Shown: in pieces, positions 1-12,668 of the stretch
How the letters are laid out: each line of letters begins with the position of its first letter
How positions within the stretch are numbered: the stretch's first letter is position 1
Assembly (NCBI GenBank): GCA_026770705.1
Contig: JANJGN010000021.1
Span: forward strand, 67,208,001 to 67,272,000
Reading direction: 5' to 3'
Length of the DNA: 64,000 bases
Source of the DNA: Isurus oxyrinchus
Lineage: Eukaryota
Notes under the pieces: model-generated
The model's database searches: none
Seen by the model: only the letters and a program-made list of their open reading frames with translations
What the model was told of the DNA's origin: nothing
Program-made: the position numbers and the translations under genes

Positions 1-100
1 CTTTTCTTCTCCGCCGATGCTGCCAGACCTGCTGAGTTTTTCCAGGTAATTCTGTTTTTGTTTTGGATTTCCAGCATCCGCAGTTTTTTTTGTTTTTATT
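1..100 (+). mobile_element. 3' part of Penelope-like pLTR (family A), truncated by window edge
   Basis: Near-identical to the ccgatgctgccagacctgctgagtttttccaggtaattctg...gatttccagcatccgcag segment that flanks the PLE ORF at 10.5-12.7 kb and recurs about 10 times in the window. Confidence 0.8.
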
Positions 101-3100
101 ATTGTATGGACATTGTCTGTCAGTAAGTGCAGGAACAGTATCTATCAGTGAGTCCGGAGACAGTGCCTGTCAGTGAATGTGGATGCATGTCTGTGAACGA
201 ATGCGGTGGTGGTGTCTGCAAGTAATTGTGTGGTTAGTGACTGTCAGTGAGTGTGGGGATCATGTCGGTCAGTTAGTAGAGTGTCAGAGTCTGTGAGTGA
301 ATGCAGGGAAAGTGTCTTCCAGTGAGTGCGGTGTCATTCTTTGTCAGTGAGTTTGGGCACAGAGTCTATCAGTGAGTGTGGAGATAGTGTCTCTCAGTGA
401 GTGTTGTGTCAGTGTCTGCCAGTTAGGTTGGGGTCCAAGTCTGCCAGAGAGTGCAGGTTCAGTGTCTGTCAGTGAGCGCAGGTTCAGTGTCAGTGCGTGC
501 GAGAATAGTGTCTGCCAGTGAATGCGGGGACAGAGAAGGTCAGTGAGTGCGGGGATAGTGTCTGTCATTGAGTGCGTGGCTAGTGCCTGTCAGTGAGTGC
601 GGGGATAATGTCTGTCATTGAGTGCGTGGCTAGTGCCTGTCAGTGAGTGCGGGGATTGTGCCTGTCAGTGAATGCGGGGACATTGTCTGCCAGTAAGTGC
701 GGGGGAAGTGTCTGTCAGTGAGTGCAAGGAAATTGCATGTCAGTGAGGAAGGTGTCGGTAAGTGAGTAGGGGGTCAGAGTCTGTCAGTGAGCGCAGGGAT
801 AGTGTTTGTCATTGACTTCACGTACAGTGTCTGTCAATGAATTTGTGGGTGGTGTCTTTCAGTGAGTGCAGGAATAGTGTCTCTCAGTGAGAGCGAGTAT
901 CTTGACTGTCAGTGAATGCGGGAGCAATATCTTCCAGTGACTGTGGGGAAACTGCCTGTTCATGAGTATGGTGACAGTGCCTTTCAGTGAGAGTGGGGAC
1001 AGTTCCCGTCATTTAATGCAGGGACATTACCTGTCATTGTGTGCGGTGACAGTGTCTGTCAGTGAATGCAGGGAGAGAATCTCTCAGTTAGCAGAAAAAC
1101 AGTGCCTATAATTGATTATGGGGACAGTGACTGTCAGTCAATGTGGGACGTTGCATGTCAGCGAGTGTGGGGATGGTGCCTGTTCGTCACTACATGGACG
1201 GTGTCTATCATTTGGTGTGGGGGCAGTTTCTGTCAGCGAGTGCCGTGACAGTGCCTGTCAGCGAGGGTGGGGACAGTGCCTCTCAGTGAGTGCGAGGTCA
1301 GCATCTCTCAGTGACTGTGGGGTGTGGATATATTAGTGAGCAGAGGAACAGGGCCTGTCACTGAGTGTTGGGATAGTGCCTGCGAGTGAGTTCGAGGACT
1401 GTGTTTCTCTGTTAGTGTGAGGAAAATGCCTGGTAGTGAGTGCGGGAACATTATCTGTCAGAGTGTGCGGTGACAGTGTCTGTCAGTGAGTGCAGTGATG
1501 GTGTCCTTCAGTCAGTGTGAGGACAGTGCCAGTAAGTGAGAGCGGGGACAGTGTCTCTAAGTGTGTTCAGGGACAGTGTCTGTCAGTGAGTGCAAGGAAT
1601 GCGGCGGAAGGGAGCCTGTAATTGAGTCTGGGGACAGTGCCTGCAGTCAGTGTTCAGACAGTGCATGTCAGTGAGTGCGGGGACAGCGTTTGTCCATGAG
1701 TGCAGGGACAGTATCTGTCAGTGAGGGTGACGACAGTGCCTGGCCACTGAGTTCAGGGATGCTGACTGTCAGTTAGTAGGGGCTCAGAATCTGCCTGCAA
1801 GTGCAGGGACAGTGTCTGTCATTGTATGTGGTGACAGTGTCTGTCAGTGAATGCTGGGAGAGAATCTCTCAGTTAGCGGAAAAACAGTGCCTATAATTGA
1901 TTGTGGGGACAGTGACTGTCAGTCAGTGTGGGACATTGCATGTCAGCGAGTGTGGGGATGGTGCCTTTCCGTCACTGCATGGACGGTATCTATCATTTGG
2001 TGCAGGGGCAGTTTCTGTCAGCGAGTGCCGTGACAGTGCCTGTCAGCGAGGGTGGGGACAGTGCCTCTCAGTGAGTGCAAGGTCAGCACCTCTCAGTGAC
2101 TGTGGGGAGAGAATATATTAGTAAGCGGAGGAACAGGGCCTGTCACTGAGTGTTGGGATAGTGCCTGCGAGTGAGTTCGAGGACTGTGTTTCTCTGTTAG
2201 TGTGAGGAAAATGCCTGGTAGTGAGTGCGGGAACAGTATCTGTCAGTGTGTGTGGTGACAGTGTCTGTCAGTGAGAGCGGGACAGTGTCTGTCAGTGAGC
2301 GCATTGATGGTGTCCTTCAGTCAGTGTGAGGACAGTGCCAGTAAGTGAGAGCGGGGACAGTGTCTCTAAGTGTGTTCAGGACAGTGTCTGTCAGTAAGTG
2401 CAAGGAATGTGGCGGAAGGGAGCCTGTAATTGAGTCTGGGGACAGTGCCTGTCAGTCAGTGTTCAGACAGTGCATGTCAGTGAGTGCGGGGACAGCGTTT
2501 GTCCGTGAGTGCAGGGACAGTATCTGTCAGTGAGGGTGAGGACAGTGCTTGCCACTGAGTTCAGGGACACTGACTGTCAGTTAGTAGGGGCTCAGAATCT
2601 GTCTGCAAGTGCAGGGACAGTGTCTGTCATTGACTTCATGTAGTGCCTGTCAATGAATTTGGCAACGGTGTCTGTCAGTGAGTTCAGGAACAGTGACACT
2701 CACTGAGTGCGAGTATATTGTCTGTCTGTGACTACGGGGGCAATATCTTCCAGTGAGTTTGGGGAAAGTACATGTCTGTGAGTGTCGGGACATTGCCTGA
2801 CAGTGAGTGTGTGGAGAGGGCCTGTCATTTAGTTGCAGGAACAGTATCTGTCTGCGGCAGTGGCAGTTCTGTCAGTGAAAGTGGGAACATTGTCTCGCAT
2901 TGATTATGGGTAGAGGATATCTCCGTGTGTGGAGAAATAGTGCCTTTAATTGATTGTGGAGACAGTGCCTGTCAGACCGTGTGGGGACAGTGCATGTCAA
3001 TGAGTGCGTTGAAAGTGTCTTTCAGTGAGTGTAGAGACCGTGCCTGTCAGTGACTGCAGGTATAGTATGTGTAAGTTAGTGTGGGGGTAGTGCATGTCAG

Positions 3101-6100
3101 CGAGTGCTGGGATTGGTCCTGTCAGTGAGTGTGAGGACAGTGCCTGTCACTGAGTGCGAGGGCAGCATCTCTCACTGACTGTGGGGAGAGGATCTATCAG
3201 TGAGTGGGGGAACAGTGCCTGTCATTGAGTTTTGGGACAATGCCTGCTAGTGAGTGCGGGGACATTGCCTGTCAGTGAGGGCAGAAAAAGTATCTGTCAG
3301 TGAGTGCGAAGACTGCGTCTGTCAGTGAATGCGGGAACAGGGTCTCTCAGTGACTGCGGGGAGAGGATCTCTCAGTGAGCGGAGGAACGGTGCCTTTAAT
3401 TGAGTCTGCAGAGAGTGCCTGACAGGCAGTTTGGCATCAGTGCATGTCAGTGAGTGCGCGGACAGTGTCTGTCAGTGCATTGAGGGACGTTTCTCAGTGA
3501 GTGCGGCGACTGTGACTGACAGTAAGTGCCGGGGAGATTTCTGTCAATGAGCGCATTAACAGTGTCTGTCACTGAGTGCGAGGACAGCGCCTGTCAGTAA
3601 TTGCAGGGACAGTTTCCGTCAGTGAGTGTGGGGTCATTTCTCTCAGTGAATATGGTGATGGTGTCTACAAGTAAGTGTGTGGTTATTGACTTTCAGTGAG
3701 TGCGGTGTCAGTGTCTGTCAGTAATTGCATGGACAGTGTTTGTTAGTGAGTGTGGGGACGATCTCTGTCAGTGAGTAGGGGGGCACAGTCTGTGGGTGAG
3801 TTCAGGGACAATGTCTGTCAGTGATTATGGGGTCAGGGTTTGTCAGTGAGTGTGGGGTCATTGTCTGCTAGTTAGTGTGGTATCAGAGTCTGCCAGCGAA
3901 TGCGGGATCAGTGTTTGCAGTGAGTGCGGGGTTAATGCCTGTCAGTGAGTGTGGGGACAGTGTCTGTCATTGAGTGCAGGAATATTGTCCGACAGCGAGT
4001 GTGGAGATAGCGTCCATCTATGAGTGCGTGGATAGTGCATGTCAGTGAGATCGGGGATATTGTCTGTCAGTGCCTGCGGGGATACTGTCTGTCAGTGACT
4101 GCGGGGAAAGTGTCTGTCAGTGAGTGCAGGGATAGTGTCTGTCTGTGAGTGCAAAGACAGTTCCTGTCAGTGAGTGCAGGGATGCTGACTGTCAGTGAGT
4201 AGCAGGTCAGAGTCTGTCCACGATCACAGAGACAGAGTCTGTCTTTGACTTCACATATAGTGTCTGTCAATGAATTTGGGGACGGTATCTGACAGTGAGT
4301 GCAGGAACAGTGTCTCTCAGTGAGGTGCGAGTATTTTGTCCATCAGTGACTGCGGGAGCAATATCTTCCAGTGAGTGTGGGGAAAGTACATGTCCGAGAG
4401 AGTCGAGACACTGCCTGTCAGTGAGTTTGTTGACAGTGCCTGCCAGTGAGCGCGTGGGCAGTGCTTGTCATTTAGTGCAGGGACAGTATCTGTCAGTGTG
4501 TGCAGTGAAAGTGTCTGTCAGTGAATGCGGGGAAAGTGTGTCTCAGTGACTGCGAGGAGAGAATCTCCAAGTTAGCGGAAGAAAATTGTCTGTAATTGAA
4601 TGTGGGGACAGTGACTGTCAGTGACTGGGTGCAGTGTCGGTTAGTGAGACTGGGGACAGCGTCTGTCAGTGAGCACAGGAATGTTGTCTGTCAGTCACTG
4701 CGGGGACAATGCCTCTGAGTAATCGCGGGGACAGTGTCTGTGAGTGTGCAGGGACAGTGTCTGACTGTAAGTGCGAGGACAGTGCCTGTTTGTGAGTGTG
4801 TGGACAGTGCCAGTCAGTGAGTGCGGGCACATTGCTTTTCAGTGAGTGTAGGGACAGTGTCTGTCAGTGAGTACAGGGAAAGAGCCTGTTCGTTAGTTCG
4901 AGTACAATGCCTGTCGGTGAGTGCGGGGGCGGTGTCAGTCAGTGAGTAGGGATGTCAGTGCCTGTCAGTGAGTGCAGGGACAGTATCTGTCAGTGAGTGC
5001 GGGGACTGTGTCTGTCAGTGACTACGGGAGAGAATCCCTCACCATGCAGCAGAACAGTGCCTGTAATTGAGTGTGGGGACAGTTCTTTTCAGTCAGTGTC
5101 CGGACAGTGCAAGTCAGTGAGTGCGGGGACAGCGTCTGTCAGTGAGTGCGAGGACAGTGACTGTCAATGAGAGCAGGGATGCTGCCTGTCATTTATTAGG
5201 GGGTCAGAATCTGCACACGAGCGCAGGGACAGTGTCTGTCATCGAATTCATGTACAGTGCCTGTCAATGAATTTGCGGACAGTGTCTGTCAGTGAGTTCA
5301 AGAACAGTGTCTCTCAGTGAGTGCGAGTATATTGTCTGCCTGTGACAGCATGAGCCATATCTTTCAGTGAGTGTGGGGAAAGTACATGTCCGTGAGTGTC
5401 GGGACAGTGGCTGTCAGTGAGTATGTGGAAAGTGCCTGTCACTGAGTGCGTGTGCAATACCTGTCATTTAGTGCAGGGACAGTATCTGTCAGTGTGGGAG
5501 TGACAGTTTCTGTCAATGAATACGGGAACGGTGTCTCGCGTTGACTGCGGGTAGAGGATTTCTCAGTGCGCGGAGAAATAGTGCCTGTAATTTAATGTGG
5601 AGACCATGCCTGTCAGACAGTTTTGGGACAGTGCATGTCAGTGACTGCACTGACACTGTCTTTCAGTGAGTGTAGGGACCGTGCCTGTCAGTGACAGCAG
5701 GGACAGTATGTGTCACTTAGTGTGGGGGTAGTGTATGTCAGCGAGTGCCGGGATTGCTCCTGTCAGTGAGTGTGGAGACAGTGCCTGTCACTGAGTGCGA
5801 GGGCAGGATCTCTTATGACTGGGGATAGAGGATCTACCATTGAGTGGGGGAACTAGTGCCTGTCATTGAGTGTGGAGTCAATGGCTGCTAGTGTGTGCGG
5901 GGACAGTGCATGTCAGTGAGTGTGGGTGCCTATCTGTCAGTGAATGCGGTGATGGTGCCTGCAAGTAATTGTGTGGTTAGTGATTGTCAGTGAGTGTGGG
6001 GTCAGTGTCTGCCAGTAAGTGCGGGGACATTGTCAGTGAGTGTGGAGTTCATGTCAATCAGTTAGCAGAGTGTCAGAGTCTTTGGGTGAATGCAGGGAAA

Positions 6101-9100
6101 GTGTCTTCCATTGAGTGCTGTGTCATTGTCTGTCAGTGAATTTGGGCACAGTGTCTGTCAGTGAGTGTGTAGAAAGTGTCTATCAGTGAGTGTGGTGTCA
6201 GTGCTTGCCAGTTAGGTTGGGGTCTGAGTCTGCCAGCGAATGGGGGTTCAGTGTCTGTCAGTGAGCGCTGTTTCATTGACTGTCAGTGTGTGCAGGAATA
6301 GTGTCTGCCAGTGAATGCTGTGATAGAGACTGTCAGTGAGTCCGGGGATAGTGTCTGTCAGTGGGTGCGGGGATTGTGCCTCTCAGTGAGTGTGGGGACG
6401 GTGTCGGTAAGTGAGTAGGGGGTCGGAGTCTGTCAGTGAGCGCAGGGACAGTGTTTGTCATTGACTTCATGTACAATGTCTGTCAATGAATTTGTGGGTG
6501 GTGTCTTTCAATGAGTGCAGGAATAGTGTCTCTCAGTGAGTGCGAGTATCTTGACTGTCAGTGAATGCGGGAGCAATGCCTTCCAGTGACTGTGGGGAAA
6601 CTGTCTGTTCATGAGTATGGTGACAGTGCCTGTCAGTGAGAGTGGGGACAGCTCCTGACAATGTGTGCTGGAGCCTTGTCTGTCATTTAATGCAGGGACA
6701 GTACCTGTCATTGTGTGTGGTGACAGTGTCTGTCAGTGAATGCAGGGAGAGAATCTCTCAGTTAGCGGAAGAACAGTACCTATAATTGACTTTGGGGACA
6801 GTGACTGTCAGTGAGTGCGAGGTTAGCATCTCTCAGTCACTGCGGGGAGAGGATATATTAGTGAACGGAGGAACAGAGCCTGTCACTGAGTGTTGGGATA
6901 GTGCCTGCTAGTGAGTCTGAGGATAGTGTCTGTCTATTAGTGTGGGGATAGTGCTTGTCAGTTAGTGCAGTGACAGTATCTGTCAGTGTGTGTGGTGACA
7001 GTGTCTGTTAGTGAAGGCGGGACAGTGTCTGTCAGTGAGTGCTGGGATGGTGTCTTTCAGTCAGAGTGAGGACAGTGCCAATAAGTGAGATCGGGGAAAG
7101 TGTCAGACAGTGTGTTCAGGGACAGTGTCTGTCAGTGAGGGCGAGGACTGTGGCTGTCAGACAGTGTGTGGTAATTGTGTGTAAATGAGTGCGGGGGCAG
7201 GGCCTGACAGTGAGTTTTTGGAAAGTGCAAGGCAGTGAGTGCGTGGACAGTGTCTATCAGTGAGTGCAGGAACATTGCTTTTCAGTGAGTGACATTGTCT
7301 GTTACTAAGTTTGGGGCCATTTCTCTCAGTGAATGTGGTGATGGTGTCTGCAAGTAAGTGTGTGCTTAGTGACTTTCAGTAAGTGCGGGGACAGTGCCTG
7401 TCCGTGTGTGTGGGGACGATGTCTGTCAGTGAGTAAGGTGTCAGAGTCTGTTGGTGCAGTGAGCGCAGGGGCAGCATCTGTCAGTGAGTGGCGAGATTGC
7501 TCCTGTCAGTGAGTTAGGGGACAGTCTCTGCTAGGGAGTGCAGGGACAGTGCCTTTCCGTGAGTGTGGGGACAGTGAATATCTGTGTGTTCTGGGACAGT
7601 GTCTGTCAGTGGGCGTGGGGACAGTATCTGTCAGTGAGTGTGGGGATCATGTTGGTCAGTTAGTAGAGTGTCAGAGTCTGTGAATGCAGGGGAAGTGTCT
7701 TCCAGTGAGTGCGGTGTCATTGTCTGTCAGTCAGTTTGGGTACAGTGTCTGTCAGTGACTGTGGAGATGGTGTCTATCAGTGAGTGTGGTGTCAGTGTCT
7801 GCCAGTTAGCTTAGGGTCCGAGTCTGGCAGACAGTGCGGGTTCAGTGTCTGTCAGTGAGTGAGGGTTCAGTATCTGTCAGTGCGTGCGGGAATAGTGTCT
7901 GCCAGCGAATGCGGGATAGAGACTGTCAGTGAGGGCGGAGATAGTGTCTATCATTGAGTGCGTGGCTTGTGTCTGTCAGTGAGTGCGGGGATTGTGCCTG
8001 CCAGTGAGTGCTGGGACATTGTCTGTCAGTGAATGCGGGGACATTGCCTGTCAGTGACTACGGAAGAGAATCTCTCACTGTGTGATGGAACAGAGCCTGT
8101 AATTGAGTGCGGGGACAGTGTCTGTCAGTGAGTGCAGGGACACTATTTGTTAGTGAATGCGAGCACAGTGCCTGACAGTGAGTTCAGGGACGCTGTCTTT
8201 CAGTTAGTAGGGGGTGAGAATCTATCCGCGAGCACCAGGACAAAGTCTGTCATCGACTTCATGTACAGTGCCTGTCAATGAATTTGGGGACGGTGTCCGT
8301 CAGTGAGTTCAGTAACAGTGACACTCAGTGACTGCGAGTATATTGTCTGGCTGTGACTGCGGGAGCAATATCTTCCAGTGAGTGTGGAGAAAGTACATGT
8401 CTGTGAGTGTCGGGACATTGCCTGACAGTGAGTGTGTGGACAGGGCCTGTTCAGGGAGTGCGTGGGCAGTGCCTGTCATTTAGTTGCAGGAACAGTATAT
8501 GTCAGTGTGATAGTGACAGTGTCTGTCAGTGAAAGCGGGAACAGAGTCTCGCATTGATTGTGGGTAGAGGATATCTCAGTGCGTGGAGGAACAGTGCCTG
8601 TAATTGATTGTGGAGACAGTGCCTGTCAGTGAGTGCAGGGACCGTGCCTGTCAGTGACTGCAGCGACAGTATGTGTCAGTGAGTGCGGGGGTAGTGTATG
8701 TCAGCGAGTGCTGGGATTGGTCCTGTCAGTGAGTGTGAGGACAGTGCCTGTTACTGAGTGCGAGGGCAGCATCTCTCACTGACTGTGGGGAGAGGATATA
8801 TCAGTGAGCGGAGGAACAGTGCATTTAATTGAGTGTTGGTAGAGTGCCTGTCAGGCAGTTTGGGGTCAGTGCACGTCAGTGAGTGCGGGGACAGTGTCTG
8901 TCAGTGCATTGAAGGAGTTTTCTCAGCGAATGTGGCAACTGTGACTGACAATAAGTGCCGGGGAGGTTTCTGTCAATGAGTGCATTAACAGTGCCTGTCA
9001 CTGAGTGCGAGGACAGCGCCTGTCAGTGATTACAGGGACAGTTTCCGTCAGTAAGTGAGGGGGCATTTCTCTTAGTGAATGTGGTGATGGTGTCTGCAAT

Positions 9101-10510
9101 TAAGTGTGTGGTTAGTGACTTTCGGTGAGTGTGGGGTCAGTGTCTGTCAGTAAGTGCATGGACAGTGTCTGTCAGTGAGTGAGGTGATGATGTCTTTCAG
9201 TAAGTAGTGGGGCAGAGTCTGTGGGTGAGTTCAGGGACAGTGTCTGTTAGTGAGTACGGGGTCATTGTCTGTCAGTGAGTGTGGGGTTAGTGTCTGCTAG
9301 TTATTGTGGGGTCAGAGTCTGCCAGCGAATGCAGGGTCAGTGTCTGCAGTGAGTGCAGGGACAGTGTCTGTCAGTGAGTGCGGAGATAGTTCTGTCATTG
9401 AGTGCAGGAATATTGTCCGACAGCGAGTGTGGAGATAGTGTCCGTCTGTGAGCGCGGGGATAGTGCATGTCAGTGAGATCAGGGATATTGTCTGTCAGTG
9501 CATGCGGGAATACTGTCTGTCAGTGACTGCAGGGAAAGTGACTGTCAATGAGTGTGGGTTTAGTGCCTGTCAGTATGTGCAGGAATGCTGTCTGTCAGTG
9601 TGTATGGGGTCAGAGTCTGTCCGCGATGGCAGGGACAGAGTCTATCTTTGACTTCACATACAGTGTCTGTCAATGAATTTGGGGACGGTATCTAACAGTG
9701 AGTGCAGGAACAGTGTCTCTCAGGGTGTGTGAGTACTTTGTCAATGACTGCGGGAGCAATATCTTCCAGTGAGTGTGGGGAAAGTACATGTCCATTAGAG
9801 TCGAGACATTGCCTGTCAGTGGCTTTATTGACAGTGCCTGCCAGTGAGTGCGTGGGCAGTGCCTGTCATTTAGTGCAGGGACAGTATCTGTCAGTGTGTG
9901 CAGTGAAAGTGTCTGTCAGTGAATGCGGGGAAAGTGTGTCTCAGTGACTGCGAGGAGAAAATCTCCAAGTTAGCGGAAGAACATTGCTTGTAAGTGAATA
10001 AGGGGACAGTGACTGTCAGTGACTGTGGGTGCAGTGTCGGTTAGTGAGACTGGGGACAGCGTCTATCAGTGAGCGCAGGAAAGTTTTCTGTCAGTCACTG
10101 CGGGGACAGTGCTTATGAGTAGTTGCAGGGACATGTGTCCATGAGTGTGCAGGGACAGTGTCTGACAGTAAGTGCGAGGACAGTGCCTGTCTGTGAGCGT
10201 GTGGACAGTGCCTGTAAATGAGGACTGGGGCAGGGCCTGTCAATGAGTGTTTGGAAAGTGCCTGTCAGTGAGTGTGGCGACATGGCTTTTCAGTGAGTGT
10301 GGGGTCAGTATCTGTCAGTGAGTACAGGGAAAATGCCTTTTAGTTAGTTCGAGTACAGTGCCTGTCAATGAGTGCGGGGGCTGTGTCGGTCAGTGAGTAG
10401 GGGGGTCAGTGCCTGTCAGTGAATGCAGGGACAGTATCATTCAGTGAATGCGGCGACTGTGTCTGTCAGTGACTACGAGAGAGGATCCCTCACCATGCAG
10501 CAGAACTGTG

Positions 10511-12668
10511 ATAAAAACAAAAAACTGCAGATGCTGGAAATCCAAAACAAAAACAGAATTACCTGGAAAACTTAGCAGGTCTGGCAGCATCAGCAGAGAA
10601 GAAAAGAGTTGATGTTTGTAGTCCTCATGATCCTTCAACAGAACTAGGTGAATCCGAGGTTGGGCGACTATCAGGTTGGAAGCTATGGGAGGAAGATCCC
10701 CAGAGGAGTGACAGTCCTGGAAACAATGGCTTGATGTTCAGTGGTGGGGTCATGGTCCAGGGGGAGGTAGGAGGAAGTGTCTGCGAGTTGACACTCAGCC
10801 TCCGCGAGGTAGAGGTCAGTGCACCAGACAACAACAGCACCACCCTTGTCAGCGGGTTTGATGACGATGTCAGGGTTGGACCTGAGAGAATGGAGTGCAG
10901 TAAGTTCAGAGAGAGAGAGATTAGAATGGGTGAGAGGAGCAGAGAAATTGAGACGACTAATGTCGCGCCGACAGTTCTCAATGAAAAGATCAAGAGAAGG
11001 TAAGAATCCAGAGGAAGGGGTCCAGGTGGAGGGAGAATATTGAAGGTGGGTAAAAGGATCTGTTGAACGGGGAGAGGACTCCTGCCCAAAGAAGTGAGCC
11101 CGGAGACAAAGACGTCAGAAGAAGCGTTCAACATCGTGCCAAGCCCGAAATTCATTGAGGTGAGTGCGTAAGGGTATGAAACTAAGTCCTTTTCTGAGCA
11201 CTGAACGTTCAGCATTGGAGAGGGGGTACAGTGAATACAAGGCTGGGGCTGGAATTGGGTGGGGACGGAGGGACAGGCAGGGGTGGAGGGTCCTAGATGG
11301 GTGTTGGTATCAATGAGTTGTTGAAGCTTGCGTTCCTTAGCACTTGAGAGAAAGAGAAAAAGTTTCTTGTTGAGGCGTCGGATGAGACGAAGAATAAAAT
11401 GAAACTGGGGGCACGCGCAGCTTTGAAAAAGGGTACGGTGGTGCTGCTGGAGGGAGAGGTCGAGTGTGTTCATATGGCGGCGCATGGCACTAAGTGTGGA
11501 TCTCAGAATGTGATGGGAACAGAAGTCTGAGAAACGTTTTATGTCCCGGAGATACCTGTAATCCTGGGTTGATTCGAAACATGAGGGGTGGAATTTCAGT
11601 TGAAATCCACGTGGGGTAAGTCGGAGACAGAGACAGTCACTGAGAAAGGATATATGACTGTGAAAGGGGGTTTTAGTAAACACCTTGTCAAACACCAGGA
11701 GAGAAATGGAAAGCAATGATGGTGAGCAAGGCAAAAGAGAGATACGGAAATCCTGTCACAGAGACAAACAGAACTTCTTCAAGGTAGACATTTCTTGAAG
11801 AGCAGTGACAGTCAATTAAACACAGAGATAAAAACAAAAAACTGCAGATGCTGGAAATCCAAAAAAAAAACAGAATTACCTGGAAAAACTCAGCAGGTCT
11901 GGCAGCATCGGCGGAGAAGAAAAGAGTTGACGTTTTGCGTCTTCATGACCCTCCAACAGAACTAGGTGAATCCAAGGAAGGGGTGAAATATAAGTTGGTT
12001 TAAGATGTGTGTGTGTGTTGGGGGGTGGTTGGGTGGGGGGAGAGAAGTGGACGGGGTTGGTGTAGTTGTAGGGACAAGCAAGCAGTGATAGAAGCAGATC
12101 ATCAAAAGATGTCACAGACAGCAGAACAAAAGAACACATAGGTGTCAAGACCTCCCTCCTCCATCCCCACCCCCTTTCTGTTTCTTCCCCCTTCCTTTTG
12201 TTGTTTCCAATAAATTATATAGATTTTTCTTTTCCACCTATTTCCATTATTTTTAAATATTTTTAAATCTTTTATGCTCCCCCCACCCCCACTAGAGCTA
12301 TACCTTGAGTGCCCTACCATCCATTCTTAATTAGCACATTTGTTTAGATAATATCACCAACTTTAACACCTATGTGTTCTTTTGTTCTGTTGTCTGTGAT
12401 ATCTTTTGATGATCTGCTTCTATTACTGCTTGTTTGTCCCTACAACCACACCAACCCCCTCCACTTCTCTCCCCCCACCCAAACCACCTCCCCCCCCATC
12501 CCCACACACACACACATACCTTAAACCAGCTTAAATTTCAACCCTTTCTTGGATTCACTCAAGTTCTGTCAAAGGGTCATGAGGACTCAAAACGTCAACT
12601 CTTTTCTTCTCCGCCGATGCTGCCAGACCTGCTGAGTTTTTCCAGGTAATTCTGTTTCTGTTTTTTGA
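10511..12668 (-). mobile_element. Penelope-like retroelement (family A): pLTR + 5' part of ORF + partial pLTR on minus strand, with an inverted pLTR (12150-12668, + strand)
   Basis: Minus-strand pLTR copies at 10511-10660 and 11829-12150, inverted copy at 12150-12668; PLE N-terminal protein motifs in between; tandem plus inverted pLTRs are typical of PLEs. Confidence 0.88.
10660..11791 (-). pseudogene. Disrupted 5' portion of Penelope-like ORF (N-terminal region up to start of RT)
   Basis: ATG at 11791 (MSTLKKFCLSL*QDFRISLLPCSPS..., stop probably from CGA>TGA); HISFLSDCLCLRLTPRGFQLKF motif; after a frameshift near 11230 another frame reads ..KGLSFIP..SNPDIVIKPADKGGAVVVW (~10820-10880), the PLE pre-RT ADKG motif; truncated before the catalytic RT motifs. 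Confidence 0.85.

Noticed and set aside
344-9947. Cys/Val/Ser-rich ORFs in the satellite
   Set aside because: They are translations of the 25-bp repeat; the period is not a multiple of 3, stops are frequent, and many use non-ATG starts
10625-11734. 369-aa ORF as a host gene
   Set aside because: It is the Penelope ORF N-terminus running out of frame after ~11230; the true ADKG motif is in another frame
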